A stretch of 46,416 bases of DNA, counting the filler, from Jimgerdemannia flammicorona (lineage: Eukaryota): assembly GCA_003990765.1 (NCBI GenBank). It is 2 parts of 2 records of this genome, joined end to end, with 100 filler letters (N's around TTAATTAATTAA, not from the genome) between each part and the next. Parts side by side here need not be neighbours in the genome. Positions count along the whole stretch, not along the records: positions 23,261 to 46,416 come from RBNJ01001147.1; 1 more part is not named here. One strand, given 5' to 3'. Position 1 is the first letter of the stretch. The number at the start of each line of letters is the position of its first letter. This document shows positions 34,321-46,416 of this stretch, piece by piece. The position numbers were made by a program, and so were the translations under genes. A model generated the notes under the pieces. That model had not been told where the DNA came from. It was given only the letters and a program-made list of their open reading frames with translations, and searched no databases.

Positions 34321-35519
34321 GTCACTCGGACTCTACTATTTATTACCAGTCTATACATATATTTACATTATCTTCTTCCACTACCCAATCCCCATAGGGG
34401 AATCCTCCCTCCCCCCCACTCCACTTCTTCATACTTGAAAATCACCCTGTCTCCCACAACCCCCACTCTTCCCCCACTCTGTTTGCATATCTTCTCTACC
34501 AAACAATGTCACCAATTACCCTGTAGTCTCCACCCATACTACCAATCTATCAGAGTATTCTCCATCAGTCCTTCTCATTGCAACAGTTATATCTCGAAGT
34601 CCAGACATCTCTCTTCCTCAAACATATAGAGCCAGTATCCTGTCAACTCTACCCATACAACCAGCACCCACTCTAAAGTAAGCTATTCCTTCCCAACCCC
34701 TTCCACCAGTCTATCCCACAGATTCTCCCACTAACTCCTCATACTATTCCCCCTTTACATGATACCCAACCTCTTTCTAACTGTTATCCAGAAGTCACTG
34801 AGCACCTCATACTCTTCTAGCCAATATTCAGGCATCTGTACAAAATCTCCTTCCTGTTCAACATTATAGCACTCCTCATAGTCAAGAGTTCTCCCTTCTA
34901 TCAGGTGGCTAGAGTGAAAGTTGAGCATAATATTCTTTCTCAACATGTGCCACCAGACCACTCAATACTTCAGTGGCAGCTACTGCCAAACCTCAGTGCT
35001 CTAGTTCCAGATCCTGTTCCAGTCTCACTCTTCATCAATACCCACCAACTGCTATCTGCTGGGCCACAGATCCTGTCCCAACCCCCTCTGGTATTTAACC
35101 CCATCACTAATATCAAAGTTACCAAGAGGGGCACCCTCCAGCAACACCCATTCCCATCTCTACATTACTGGGCCCCAAGGCCTTTCTCTCTTATCTTCCT
35201 GTCAATAAATGCTGATGCAGTGTGCTCCATCGGTGACTCCCTACCAGAAGTCCTTAAACTGCATGTGTCTAATGTTCTGAAGCCTAACTAAGGACAGAAG
35301 ATCTCCTGTAGATCCTCTCAGTAAGGACCTCATCTTCCAGACCTTCTTCAATAGAGAGACCCAGCTGCCTCTCTCCAGCTCAACAGCTCTCTTCAGCCAC
35401 CATGTTCTCAGGCAATATAACCTCTTTGGGAAGTCAACCAGTCCAAGTCCCCCTCTTTTTTTTTTTTTTATTTTTTTTTTTATAGTTACTTGGACTTCTC
35501 TTTATTACTGCCATCTAAA

Positions 35520-38500
35520 ATAATAGTAATACAATATCACCCCATCCTCTCAACCAATACCCCTCAGATCTACTCCTCCACCCTCTACTCTCCCCTGCTA
35601 GAGGATAACCCAGTCGCCCACTACCCAAATCCTCCCGCTACTTTTCCAGAAGATACACTGTACTAAACCCCTGTGACTCCCCCCACCTGGCCCCCACCCC
35701 CACCATCAGCCATTAAAAATATCCAGTAATAACCATTCACAATGTATCACTCTATCCCAAACTCCAACCTACTGGCCCTCCTCAAATATATATATCCAAT
35801 GTCCAGCCATCCCAACCCATATGGCCAGAGCCCAACTGAGGGTCAGCCATTCATCCCCAATCTCTCCCACCAGCCTTTGGCAGAGCTCTCCCCATCCCCT
35901 CCCTCCAGGGCTCACAGCCCTAACTGGTCTGTGATACAACACCAGAATACCCCCAAAATGTTATACTCACTAAGCCAATGTTCAGGCATTTGTATCACTC
36001 CCTCTTCCTGTCCAACATCTAAACATTCCTCACACTCTAATGTGCCACTGGCCACCAAGTGCCCAGACTGATAGTTCAACATCACATTCTGCCATAGAAC
36101 TCATTACCATATCACCCAGAACTTGGGGGGTAGCCACCATATCACCTGCTTGCTCCAAAGCCAGAGACTATTCCAGTCCCACTCCTTACCAATTCCAACC
36201 CTCTGCCAGACATCAGACCAAAGGTCTCTACCTAAGCCCCTCAAACACTCCATGCTATTGCCAAGCTGGAAGTCTTCCACCAAAACACTGCTCAGTAGTA
36301 GCCTGTCCTATCTCTACATCTGTGGTCCCCAATTCTCCTCTCCCTCAACACCCTGCCACTGAAGTCCAATTCTCTTAGCACCATTCACCACCCCTCACCA
36401 AAAGCCCTTATACCACATCCTCCTGCTCCCATCCATGGCCACCATTGCAAGCAGGTCACCAGAAGCTCCACAGGGGGAATACCAGGCCTCTCACACCCTC
36501 TGCATGAGTGGCACCCATTCCTGACCCCTCAGCTCACTCACTCTCCTCAGTCACCAGGCTCTCAAGCAATGAAGATATTTGGTAAAGTCCACCAAACCCA
36601 GCCTGCCTCTTTCCACTGGTAGGGTAAGAATCTCCCATCCTATCTAACTTTGCCACCCTGCCCAGATCTATGATCTTGCTATCTTCAACAGTCTTCTGAC
36701 CACCCAAGCTGAGAAGTCCAGATGATACCCCACATACTATAGCTTCAGTAGCCAATATACATTCAGTACTATCACTCTTCCTGCCAAGGAAATGTGCTGA
36801 CCACCCCATCACAAAAGCACATTACCCCACTCCAGAAGTCATTGATCCCACTAAGTACAGGGGAGAAGAGACCCAAACACTGAAAAGTAGATCCCTAGGT
36901 AATGAACTGGCTCTCCTGCTAGTACTACCATCCCAATCACATTGCTACCAATAATTCTGCCACCTAGCACCAGAGTCTCGCATTTGTGCCAATTGAGTTT
37001 AGCACTGGAGCCTCTCTCATATCATTAAACAGACCTTCGTAATTCCCCCACATCTGCCAACGAGCCCAGTCTAACCACTATGTCATCCATGAAGGCCCCC
37101 ACCTTCCAATTTATCCCTAGAATGTCCAAACCCCCAATTCAATGCTGGATCCTGTCCAGTAGGGGCTCCAGGGAGAGGGCATATAAGATGGGTGACAAAG
37201 GGTCTCCTCCCTATGATCAAGGAGAAAGGTTATACCTCTGTGGCCATTGACAACCAATGTAGCCTGACTGTTTTCCAAAAGGCCGATCAACAACCTTTGG
37301 AACCCAGGGGGAACATCAACCCATTTCAACACTCCCTCTAACCATATTCTCCTCACTCGATCATATACCTTCTCCTGATCCAAAAAAACCAATCTGCCAT
37401 CCACCCCTGCAGTCTGGGCACCTTTAATCACACCATGTATCCAAGCTGTCCCATCTTGGATCAACCAGCCACTGACAAATCCTCATTGCTCCACACCAAG
37501 TACTTGCTGAGTGATTCCCTACAGCCTTAACACCAAAATCTTTATCACCAGTTTGCAGTCTATGTCGAGTAGCATGATTGGCCACCAGTTCTTCCAATCT
37601 TCCTGTCTCCTCTTATCTTTATAGAGCAAGGAGACCAGCCCTAGGTACTGGCCTCCAATCCAAGTTCCAGACCAAAAAACCTCACTACACATTTCCATCA
37701 TTTCCTCCAATACCTCTGCTACCCTGACCATCTTCTTCCAAAAATCCCAGAGAAGTCCATCCTCCCCTGGAGCCATCCCCTTACTTGTTGTAACCAAGAC
37801 CTTGCAAATTTCCTCTCCTCTCACTGAATCCCCCAGAGTTTCCAGGCCCATTGCAGGGTCCAGATACCACTCCTCCAGCTACCTCTCAATGTTCCAAGCA
37901 TCCTCCCCCCCTTCCTCCTTACTCCATAAATCCTCCCAATGGGTCCTCAGCAATCTCAGAATTACCGGAGTCCCCACCACTATCTCCCCATCCTCATCCA
38001 GGACCCCATCCCACCACTGCTTAGTTCTCCGTACTTGTAACATCCACAATAAAAACCTAGTAGGTCACTCTCTCTCCTCAAGTCCCTGCCACCTCAGCCA
38101 TGCCACCATTCCCTTCAGCCTAAACTCTTCCTCCCTTCATAACACTTCCTTAAGCTCCTCAATCTCCTTCTAAATCCTCACAATATGCCAGTTGGCCACC
38201 TCCTAGTCTTCTAGTACCCCTGCCCATCTCCTCATGAGCGCCACCAATTGCTGCAAGGCCCATAGCACCCTCTACCACTGCTGAGCACCCCTTCCTTTCC
38301 CTGCTTCTCTCCAGTACCTCTGAACACTTGCTTTCAGCCTCCTCCAGCAGTCCCCAATCACCAGACCCTGTTCCCGCCACCTCCCAATTTTCCCAATAAC
38401 CTCCTTCTCTCAGTCTGTCCATAAAGCCCCATCCTCCAACAAAGAAGAATTTAGTTGTCAATGTCCAGGCCCATCCCCACTTCTCCCAAACCTCTCCCCT

Positions 38501-39196
38501 CCTAACAGACCCCAGTGATCTGACCATGGGCACCAAACCACCTCCAGTATAGTCCAGACATCCACTCCCCAGTATTCTGCCATCAATATCCAGTCAATCC
38601 TGGAGCCCAGCCCTGTTGCCCAGTGAGTATAAATTCGATGATCATCTCAAAACTGTCTCCCTGAATCAACCAAAGAACTCAACCTCTCCATCTTCAACCA
38701 ATTATCCAACCCACCACTCCTGCTCCTCATTTCTCTCCCACTATCTGTCCTGTCCATCCCCTTGTCCCACACTATGTTGAAGTCACCCCCTAGGAAGTCA
38801 AACCCAACCTCACCTAAGATACTAGCCTCTTTCAAATCTCAAATCCAATTCACCCATTCCCCTCTCTCTGCTGGGCAGTAATACAACCCAACTATCAATG
38901 GACTCCATCCAGGCCTCTTCTATACTCTCCACACCAACCGAGTCCCCCAATGTCCAATGTCCCCAATGTCCCCCATCCTCTTTTGAACTAGGATACCCAC
39001 TCTCCCCATCTATACTGCAGCCCCCCCCTCATTCCTTAGTCTAATTCTGTAAGTCCACATCTACCTCATAATGGATATCCTACAGTAAAAAGAGATCTGC
39101 CTCCAGTCCCTTTAGCTATCCAAATATGTACTTCCTCCTAGCTATCCCCTGTAACCCATTCACATTCAAAGAGAATATTCTAGTTATACTGTTCAT
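35520..39196 (-). pseudogene. LINE B ORF2 (endonuclease + RT), disrupted
   Basis: MNSITRIFSLNVNGL start; GGDFNIV, SRIDWIL, PWSDH, APGEDGL, WWPIMLLDIDCKL, FLDQEKVYDRV, GDPLSP, AFMDD. The 3' end is approximate. Confidence 0.9.
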
Positions 39197-39227
39197 ATTG
39201 AATAATGTTTGGATTTGAGACCCTAGC

Positions 39228-41141
39228 CTAGTATTCTATGCTCATCTCATCCCCAGCCAGATCCAAGCACCACTCTGCTTCCAAGTCCCTCTCCGCGACA
39301 GTCTGAGCATCCAATGTCTCTAAGATTTCTTGATATTCCACCTCATTCACTACCTCCATCTCTGACCGATAGTCTGTGCAGACCACTCTCCACTTCTCCA
39401 ATCCCTTTCTTGAGCCCCACAAGTAAGCTGCCTGGTCATTTGCAATCCCTCTAAGTTCCTCCTCTCTCTGATCATTGACTTGGTATTTAACTGATTTCAA
39501 GAGGACTGCCAGGATCTCATTCCTCACCTTTCTTAATACCTCCTCACCATGAAGGATTTTCTCCCAATGCCTCTCTTCCATAACCCAGAAGTCCTCTCCC
39601 CCCAGCTCCTTTACTGCCACCCCTTCCAGAGTCTTCCACAGCCACTTCTCCTCATCCACCACCTCCACCATACTCTGGGTGACCCAATCACCCCCCACCT
39701 CTGGGTCTACTAAAGTGCTCCTCCTCACTGACTCATCCCACTCCTCATCCAGTATATCCAGTAGCTCCTCCTCACCCCCTGCTCCACCCAGGACACTATA
39801 CTGAGGGTGAACTCCTTCACTCATTTCTGCATCTGCCTTCACCCCACCCTCCCTCTCCACCCTAGGTCCATCCTGGGCCCCACCTTGGGCCGTCTCATGT
39901 TCCCCCACTCAGGCACTTGTATGCAATCTCACTCTCCCATTCTCTGTGCTGCTGCCAGCCCCACCACCACCCAACTTCACTAGTAGCTCCTTCTGGATTC
40001 TCCTCCCCTGCATCTTCTCCCAGGTCCCCTGATCCATTCTGATCCTCTTCCCATCAACTACTTCCACCACTGTCTTGGCTTCATACTCCTTCCAAGTCAA
40101 TCTCCTCCTCTCAACCATACCTGCCAGATCCTCTAGAGCCTCAAGCAAATCTTCCTTCTCTTCCTGAGTCCCCTTCACCTGCATGACCTTGCACTCCACC
40201 AGTCTCCACTTCAGAGTCGCCGGCCAATCCCTCATCTTCCCTGTATTCTCCTTTCCAGCCAGCCTCACCCGAATGTCAATATCATCAGTCTGGAGCTCCA
40301 TACCCTCCCAGACCTTGAACCTGACATCCAAAATCTCTCCATACTCCTTGACTGCCCCCACAATCAACTCTCTGGCCCTCTTTCTTGATACTGTAGGAAG
40401 GTCTAATACCATCAACTGCACCACTTGGGGGTCCCAGTGCATACACCTGGCCATAGGGACCACAACTCCGCCCACTATTACCCCCTTCTCCATAGTAGTC
40501 AGCAACACTTCCTCTTCCTCAAACTCTACCTCAACTCCTTCTTTCCCCTTCAGAAACTTCACTGATGCTGCCCCTTTTGCCTCCTGCACCACCAGCCCCA
40601 AGATCGACCTTGCAGTTACTGCCAAGCCCCTGAAATACATTGTGATGGTGAATTCCGACCATGATTTCTTGAGTAATGGTGCCAATACCATACCCATCAC
40701 CCCATCCGCCAGGTCCCCAGGCTCATGCCCACCCTTGTTCTGAACCATCAACCACTATCACATCTGGATTTTTTTCCAGATCCCCAGTCACAGCCCCATC
40801 AACAGTCACATCTCCAGCCCCTACTCCCCCCCCTCCTCTACCGCCGGATACTCCCCTGGACACTCCTCCCTGTCCTCCAGCAGCAGCCATCGATGCCTTC
40901 CCCAGGCCCAGCCAACAATCCAGACCAGTGGCCATTCTCCCCATCTTGACCTTGTCAGCAAAGATTGACCTCTCCCCTCCTCACTGCCTCAGGCTGCCCC
41001 TCCCTCCACCACCAGTACCTCGGCCAGCCATTGAGACCCCTGGCATCCCCAAACTATCTCTTCTCCTCCCCACTTATTGCCAGCCAAAGGCACCACTGCC
41101 CCCTGGCCAGCATGCTCACCAGTACAATCATTACCATCCAT
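39228..41141 (-). pseudogene. LINE B ORF1 (Gly-rich N-terminus, RRM-like core, acidic C-terminus), disrupted
   Basis: Long ORF pieces 39909-40751 and 39228-39908 are in frame and separated by one TGA. The pattern SVKFL..GVEVEF...V.LP...EYGEILDV fits Tx1/L1-type RRM ORF1s. Confidence 0.82.
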
Positions 41142-41226
41142 GTCAATAGTCATCTATTACCAAAAACATTGTAAAAGTATTGTCTGAGTCTTGTGTCACC
41201 TGAATGTTACCAGTGAAAGATGTTGC

Positions 41227-43830
41227 CCAAGTCTCCCTCTAGTCACCAGCAGAGACAAAATTTCCCAGCTAATCTGACTCCTCCTCTCTGCCCAGATCTA
41301 CTCCTTGGCCAGTTTCAGTAGTCTCTTCACCACCCAGGCTGAGAAGTCCAGATGGTATGCCAGGTACCACAACTTTGGCAGCCAATAAGTGTTCAAGATG
41401 GAAACATACTCTATCAGAGACAAGTGGTGGTCTCCCCAGCTGCACAGGGCCTCCCCCCAGATAGCCAACTACTGCTCCCATCAAAGTTTTGGAAGAACAG
41501 ACCTGTACATTGACAGATAGATGCCCAAGTACCTCACTGCCTCTCCAGCAGAGATAATTGTTCCAATGACCTCCCCCCCTATCAGGCCATTACCCAGTAC
41601 CATTATTTCATACTTATGCTAATTGAGTTTAGCCCCAGAGTGCACCTCATACCACTCCACAGTCTTCTTGAGTTTCTCAACATTGGCAATCGAACCCAAA
41701 CTGACCATCATATCATTTGCAAAAGTACCAACTTTCCACCCAATGCCATAAATTGAAAGCCCTCCAATATTCTGCTAAATCCTATCCATTAGGGGCTCTA
41801 AGAAGAGCATATACAAAATGGGGGACAGCAAGTCTCCCTGGGGAACACCCCTACCTAGAGAGAAAGCCATCCCTTGATGCCCATTACACATGAGTACAGC
41901 CCTGCTCCCTTTCAGTAGGCTGATCATTACTACTTAGAACTGATGTAGGACTCCAATCCTGTCTAGTACCTTCACCAACCAGACCCTCCGAACACAGTCA
42001 TATGCCTTCTCCTGATCTAAGAAGACCAGGTACCCATCTAATCCACAAGCCCATATCCCTTCAATAATACTGTATACCCAAGCTATGCCATCCTGAATGA
42101 GTTGGCCTCCAACAAATCTCCACTGCTCTACTCCTAAGACCTGCTGGGCCACCTTCTGTAGCCTCACTACTACCATCTTAGTAATCAACTTTCTGTCTAT
42201 ATCCAGTAGCATGATTGGCCTCCAGTTCCTCCAGTCCTCTCTCCTACCCTTGTTCTTATATAGCAGTACCACCAGCCTCAGATCCTGCTCTCCTACCTAT
42301 CTCCTGGACTGCAGTATTAAGTCACAGAGTGCTCTCAGCTCTCTCAGTATACTGGGGACATCCACCATCTTCTTCCAGAAAGCCCAGGGCAGGCCATCCT
42401 CCCCTGGTACTGTACCCAACATAGTTGTGGCAAGAACCTGGCAAATCTCCTCTTCCTGTACTGGTATCACCAGGTTGCCCAGCCCTTCTGCCTGTAGTGG
42501 ATGCCAATCCTCCAAGGCAATACCAATGGAGGCATCTTCTGTCCCACCTTCCTTCTCACTTCACAAGCCACTCCACTGCTCCTTCAGTAACCTGAGAATG
42601 TCTTGTATGCCATGCACCAATGTCCCCTCAGAATTGAGAACTCCCTCCCACCTCTGCTGAACCCTCCTTACCCAAAGGGCCCTCATGAGAAACTTAGAGG
42701 GCCTCTCTCCTTTCTCTAGCCCCTGCTAACAGAGATGTGCTGCCATACTCTACACCTGTGCCTCCTCCTCTTTCTGCAATACCTATTGCAACTCTACAAC
42801 CTCCTTTCTTGCCTTTAGCAATCTCCAATCCTCCACCCCCTCCAGGGCCACCAAACCTGTCTATCTTCCAACAGCCTCATCAATCTAGCAGAAGCCCACA
42901 CTCTCTTCTTCCTCCTCTGTCTCTCAGCTGCTGTACCTGCCTCCCTCTAATAGATCCTAGCAGCCTTCTTCAGCCTTATCTACCTAATGCCAACTGTGGT
43001 ACCTTCTCTTATCCACCCCTCTACTCTCTGCTAAATATTCTCAGCCTACCTATCCTACAGTACCTTGTTATCCACCAGGGAGGAGTCGAGGCACCAATGT
43101 CCCAGTCCATCCCCACTCCCCTCAAAATATCCCTGTTCCAGCAGTCCCTAATGATTGGACCATAGACACCATTCCACCTCCAGAGATCTCCAAACATCCA
43201 GACCCCAGCAGTTCACTGCCAAAATCCAGTTGATCCTCATCTTCAGGCCACTCACCCAATGAGTATATACCCTTCTGTCACCCCATAGCTCCCTGCCAGC
43301 ATCCACCAAAGTACTCAGCCTCTCTACCTCCTCTCATGCCTCCAAACCTTCACTCCTTCTCTCCACCCCTGCTCTCTATCAGTTCTATCCAACAGTATAT
43401 CTCTAACTATATTAAAGTCTCCACTAAGCACATCCACTACAGTCCCTGCCAGAGTCTCTTCCTCCCAAAGACCCTTCACCCACTCTACCCATTCACCCCT
43501 CATTGCAGGACAGTAGCAGGATCTAACCATAACTGGTTCCCTCCCAGTGCAAATCCACTCACTCCAGTTCAACCTGTCTCCTCAGTTCTGCATATCCCAT
43601 ATCTTCCCTCTGCCCTTCTTGATCAGAATCCTAACCTTGCCCTTCCAAACTACTTCCCCTCCCCATTTCTTTGTCTATTCCAGTTTATCTAAATTATCCT
43701 CATATCTGACATCTTGCAAAAGAAAGAGATTGGCCTCCAATTTCTTCAGCCAAGCAAAAATGTTCTATTGATGAAATGAACCCTGAAGCCCATTCACATT
43801 TAAAGAGAAAATGTTAGTTGTACTATTCAT
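41227..43830 (-). pseudogene. LINE A copy 2 ORF2, 5' part (endonuclease + RT); continues at 34330-35456
   Basis: MNSTTNIFSLNVNGL, SGDFNIV, VPGEDGLP, NWRPIMLLDIDRKL, FLDQEKAYDCV, VPQGD, FANDM, YLG. Confidence 0.9.
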
Positions 43831-43861
43831 AAGGAATAATGTATAATAGTAATTATATTCT

Positions 43862-45897
43862 CTACTGCTCCATGTTCATCTCCTCCTGAGCCAGGTCCAG
43901 ATCATGCTCTATAGCTTCTGCCTCCTCTTCAGTTCTCTTAGCCTCTAGTCCAACCAGAAGTTCTGCAAGCTCCCCATCCTCCTTCTTCTCAAATTCCTCA
44001 TGATATTCCAGGCAGGCCTCCTGCCAGAGCTGTAACCCATGCTGCTCTGCCCAATAGAAAGCAGCCCTCTCACCAGCAGTGACTGCCAGCCCAGCCTCCC
44101 TCTCCTTGTCAACCTCATACCCTTCCTTCTCTAGGAAAACTGCAAGAATCTCTGCCTTCAGCACCTCCACCACTCTCTTACCATACAGGATATGTGTCTA
44201 ATACTCATTACTCATCACTTGCAGGTCTACCTCCCCCAATTCCTCTGCTGCAAAGTTGTTCATCATCTTACACATCTATAGCAGATTTCTCACCTCCTTC
44301 CCCCTGGGAGTTGCTGGCCACCCTCTGTCCAGTATCAAGATATCAGCCCCTGCACTTGCAGCCTCATTACACTCCTCCTCCTGAACATCCACTAGTTCAT
44401 CCTTGCCCACCACCACTATCTGCCCCCCCTTTGCCACCTCTGAAACTCCAAAGTATATCCTCTAGACTCCCTGCATAGACACATCCTCCACCACTCTGCC
44501 CTGTAAAGCTAGACCTCATCTAATAAGCAGTATAGGGGTCAGGAATGGCTCCCAGACCTCAAAGGTACCATCTATATAAGACTCATTTCCTTTCACCTCC
44601 TCCCCCCCTCCTGGCTCCTTCTCTATATTCTCTCCATCCTTGCTAGCCCAGATGCTCTCCTTGGCTCCTCTCATAATTTCAATACCACCAGCATCCTTCT
44701 TTACTCTGCTTTCCAGTTTCACCAGCAGCTCTCTCTGCCTCTTATATCTTTGAGATCTTTCCCACCACCCCTTATCTATCCAAATCCTCTTTCCATCCAC
44801 TACTTCCAAATGCATTGACTTGACATATACCTTCTAAGCCTTTGCCCTCTGCTCCACAGCACTGCTCAGCTCTTCCAGCACCTCTAGCAGATCCTCTTCC
44901 TCCTCCTCACTCCCCTTCACCCTTGTTACCTTATATAAGAAAGCACTCCAGACCATCACCAAAGGCCAGTCCCTAGCCTTCTCAGTAGCTTCCTTCTCTG
45001 CCAACTGAATTCGAACTCAACATCCCCAGTCCTAAAAGAGGTCCCCTTCCAGACCCAGAACTCAACATCAACTATCTCACCATACTCAGCCATGACTTCC
45101 ACAACCCTCCTCCTTGTCTCCTCAGCAGTCACCATAGGTACCCCCTTCACCAGCAATTGCACCACCCTGGAGTCCCACCTCAAGCAATGTGCTATTGGAA
45201 TATACATCTCTCCAACTATCAACCCCACCTTCAGAGCCTCCTCTAATGATCCAGCCTCCTCAAAACTAACCTCCACTCCTTCCAGTCTCTTCAGAAACTT
45301 CACAGATGCTGCTCTAGCCACCTGCTTAGCAATTAGCCCCAGGACCATTTTCACCATCACTGCCAAGCCCTAGAAGTACAAGGTGACTGTAAACTCTGAG
45401 ATCAACTTCTTGAGTAATGGTACCACTATCAGTCCCATTACACTATCTGTCAGATCACTAGATCTCATATCTTTCCCACTACTTGGTCCACCATCAGTAG
45501 TCCCATCTCAATTTTTTTCCTAATTGCCCATTATGCTCCCATCAGCAGTCACCCTAGCAGTTATGCTCTCAGCCCCTACACCACCAGCCCCACTACTCTG
45601 GTCCTTCAGAGAGACTCTCCCTTGAGGCTGCTGCTCTGCAGTCTTTGCCATCTCCTTGCCCCTCTTAAGCCAGTCCTCCAGTCCTCCAGCTCCCTGCTGA
45701 TCTCTCTTTACCTTGTCCACAAAGCTTACTCTCTCTGTCCCCTGATCTCCAGCACTACCCCCTCCCCTACTATATCCACCCACTAGCAGGCCCCTCATAC
45801 TTCCTCTCAAGCCAGGGCCCCTCTTTATATACTGCCAGTTGAATACACCTGGACTACCCTACCCAGTATACACCTTGGAATGCTCATCAATTACTAT
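43862..45897 (-). pseudogene. LINE A copy 2 ORF1, disrupted
   Basis: Pieces 44956-45366, 44516-44815 and 43862-44173 match ORF1 of the other copies. Start approximate. Confidence 0.82.
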
Positions 45898-45977
45898 GAT
45901 ACTAGTAGTTTTTCTCCAGAAACTATGTCAAAAGTATTGCCAAAAGGTTGTATAATCTGAATATTACTAGAGAAAGG

Positions 45978-46416
45978 TTCCTTCTAGACTTATACATATT
46001 ATCTATATATTATAAGTATTAATGCTATATATTAGATATATCAGATATAGTTATTATATATACAGAGACTTTTGCTATACTATTTAGTATAATATTAATT
46101 ATATAAAGATTGTTTTATTTTGAGACTATCATTAACTAATTATTATTTAAGTTATAGACTATTGTATTATTTGAATATATATATATTTATTTATTACTAT
46201 GTAATATCATCTTGTCTATTAAAAAGAAAATTTTATTTATTTCTAAAGTATATAGTATATATATCTAAAAAGATACTGACAAGTTATATAATATTCTTAT
46301 ACTAATATTTCCTTTTTCTTAAGTATAGATGATATGTATTATTATCATCTAAATTTATAGATATAGGATGTTTGAAAGGCTCATATATAGAGAACTATTC
46401 TCTACCGTTAAAAAAA
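45978..46416 (-). pseudogene. pol: Ty1/copia relic, segment 5: protease C-terminal region and pre-integrase (WHxRLGH) region; continues beyond the window
   Basis: FSIYEPFKHPISINLDDN...EKGNI, DIYY, QNNLYII and *H*YL*YID (WHRRLGH-like). Domain order PR-IN-RT-RH across the five segments is that of copia. Confidence 0.65.

Larger units (their letters stand above)
35457..41226 (-). mobile_element. LINE family B, full length (~5.8 kb), nested in LINE A copy 2
   Basis: Poly(T) ~35456-35481. TSD CCAAGTCCCCCTCT (35443-35456) vs CCAAGTCTCCCTCT (41227-41240). ORF1 and ORF2 both present. Confidence 0.93.
34291..45977 (-). mobile_element. LINE family A copy 2, full length (~5.9 kb without the nested LINE), with a (TA)n tail
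   Basis: TSD TTCTTTCTAGACTTA (34276-34290) vs TTCCTTCTAGACTTA (45978-45992). The 3' part (34291-35456) and 5' part (41227-45977) join colinearly with copy 1. Confidence 0.9.

Noticed and set aside
40183..40743. Long plus-strand Ser/Pro/Leu-rich ORFs (also 5043-5624, 5643-6170, 16566-17156, 42097-42660)
   Set aside because: Antisense shadows of purine-rich LINE ORFs; no independent motifs.

Overview
Eukaryotic, probably fungal (inferred) heterochromatin-like window made almost entirely of nested, C-to-T-decayed retroelements; no intact host gene is recognisable. It holds: (i) eight L1/Tx1-like LINE insertions from about four families (RRM-type ORF1; APE endonuclease-RT ORF2), including one LINE nested in another and one insertion that is only CTAT+poly(A); (ii) a heavily decayed Ty1/copia element (minus strand, ~23670 to the window end) split by four insertions, each with a recognisable target-site duplication (TSD); (iii) a young 459-bp solo LTR; (iv) an assembly gap with a TTAATTAATTAA linker; and (v) two sister Ty3/gypsy chromovirus-like elements. 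The gypsy pair is the most unusual part. Their single polyprotein reads gag-CCHC-dUTPase-protease-(RT), with dUTPase in the betaretrovirus-like position. Their long LTRs share both ends but carry different U3 cargo: a decayed 385-codon orphan ORF with two PPxY motifs in one, and an apparent relic of a foreign integrase C-terminus in the other. The second element is an in-frame internal-deletion derivative (no RT/RNase H/integrase) that keeps both LTRs, PBS, PPT and a 5-bp TSD. All calls come from manual reading and translation; no database search was run.
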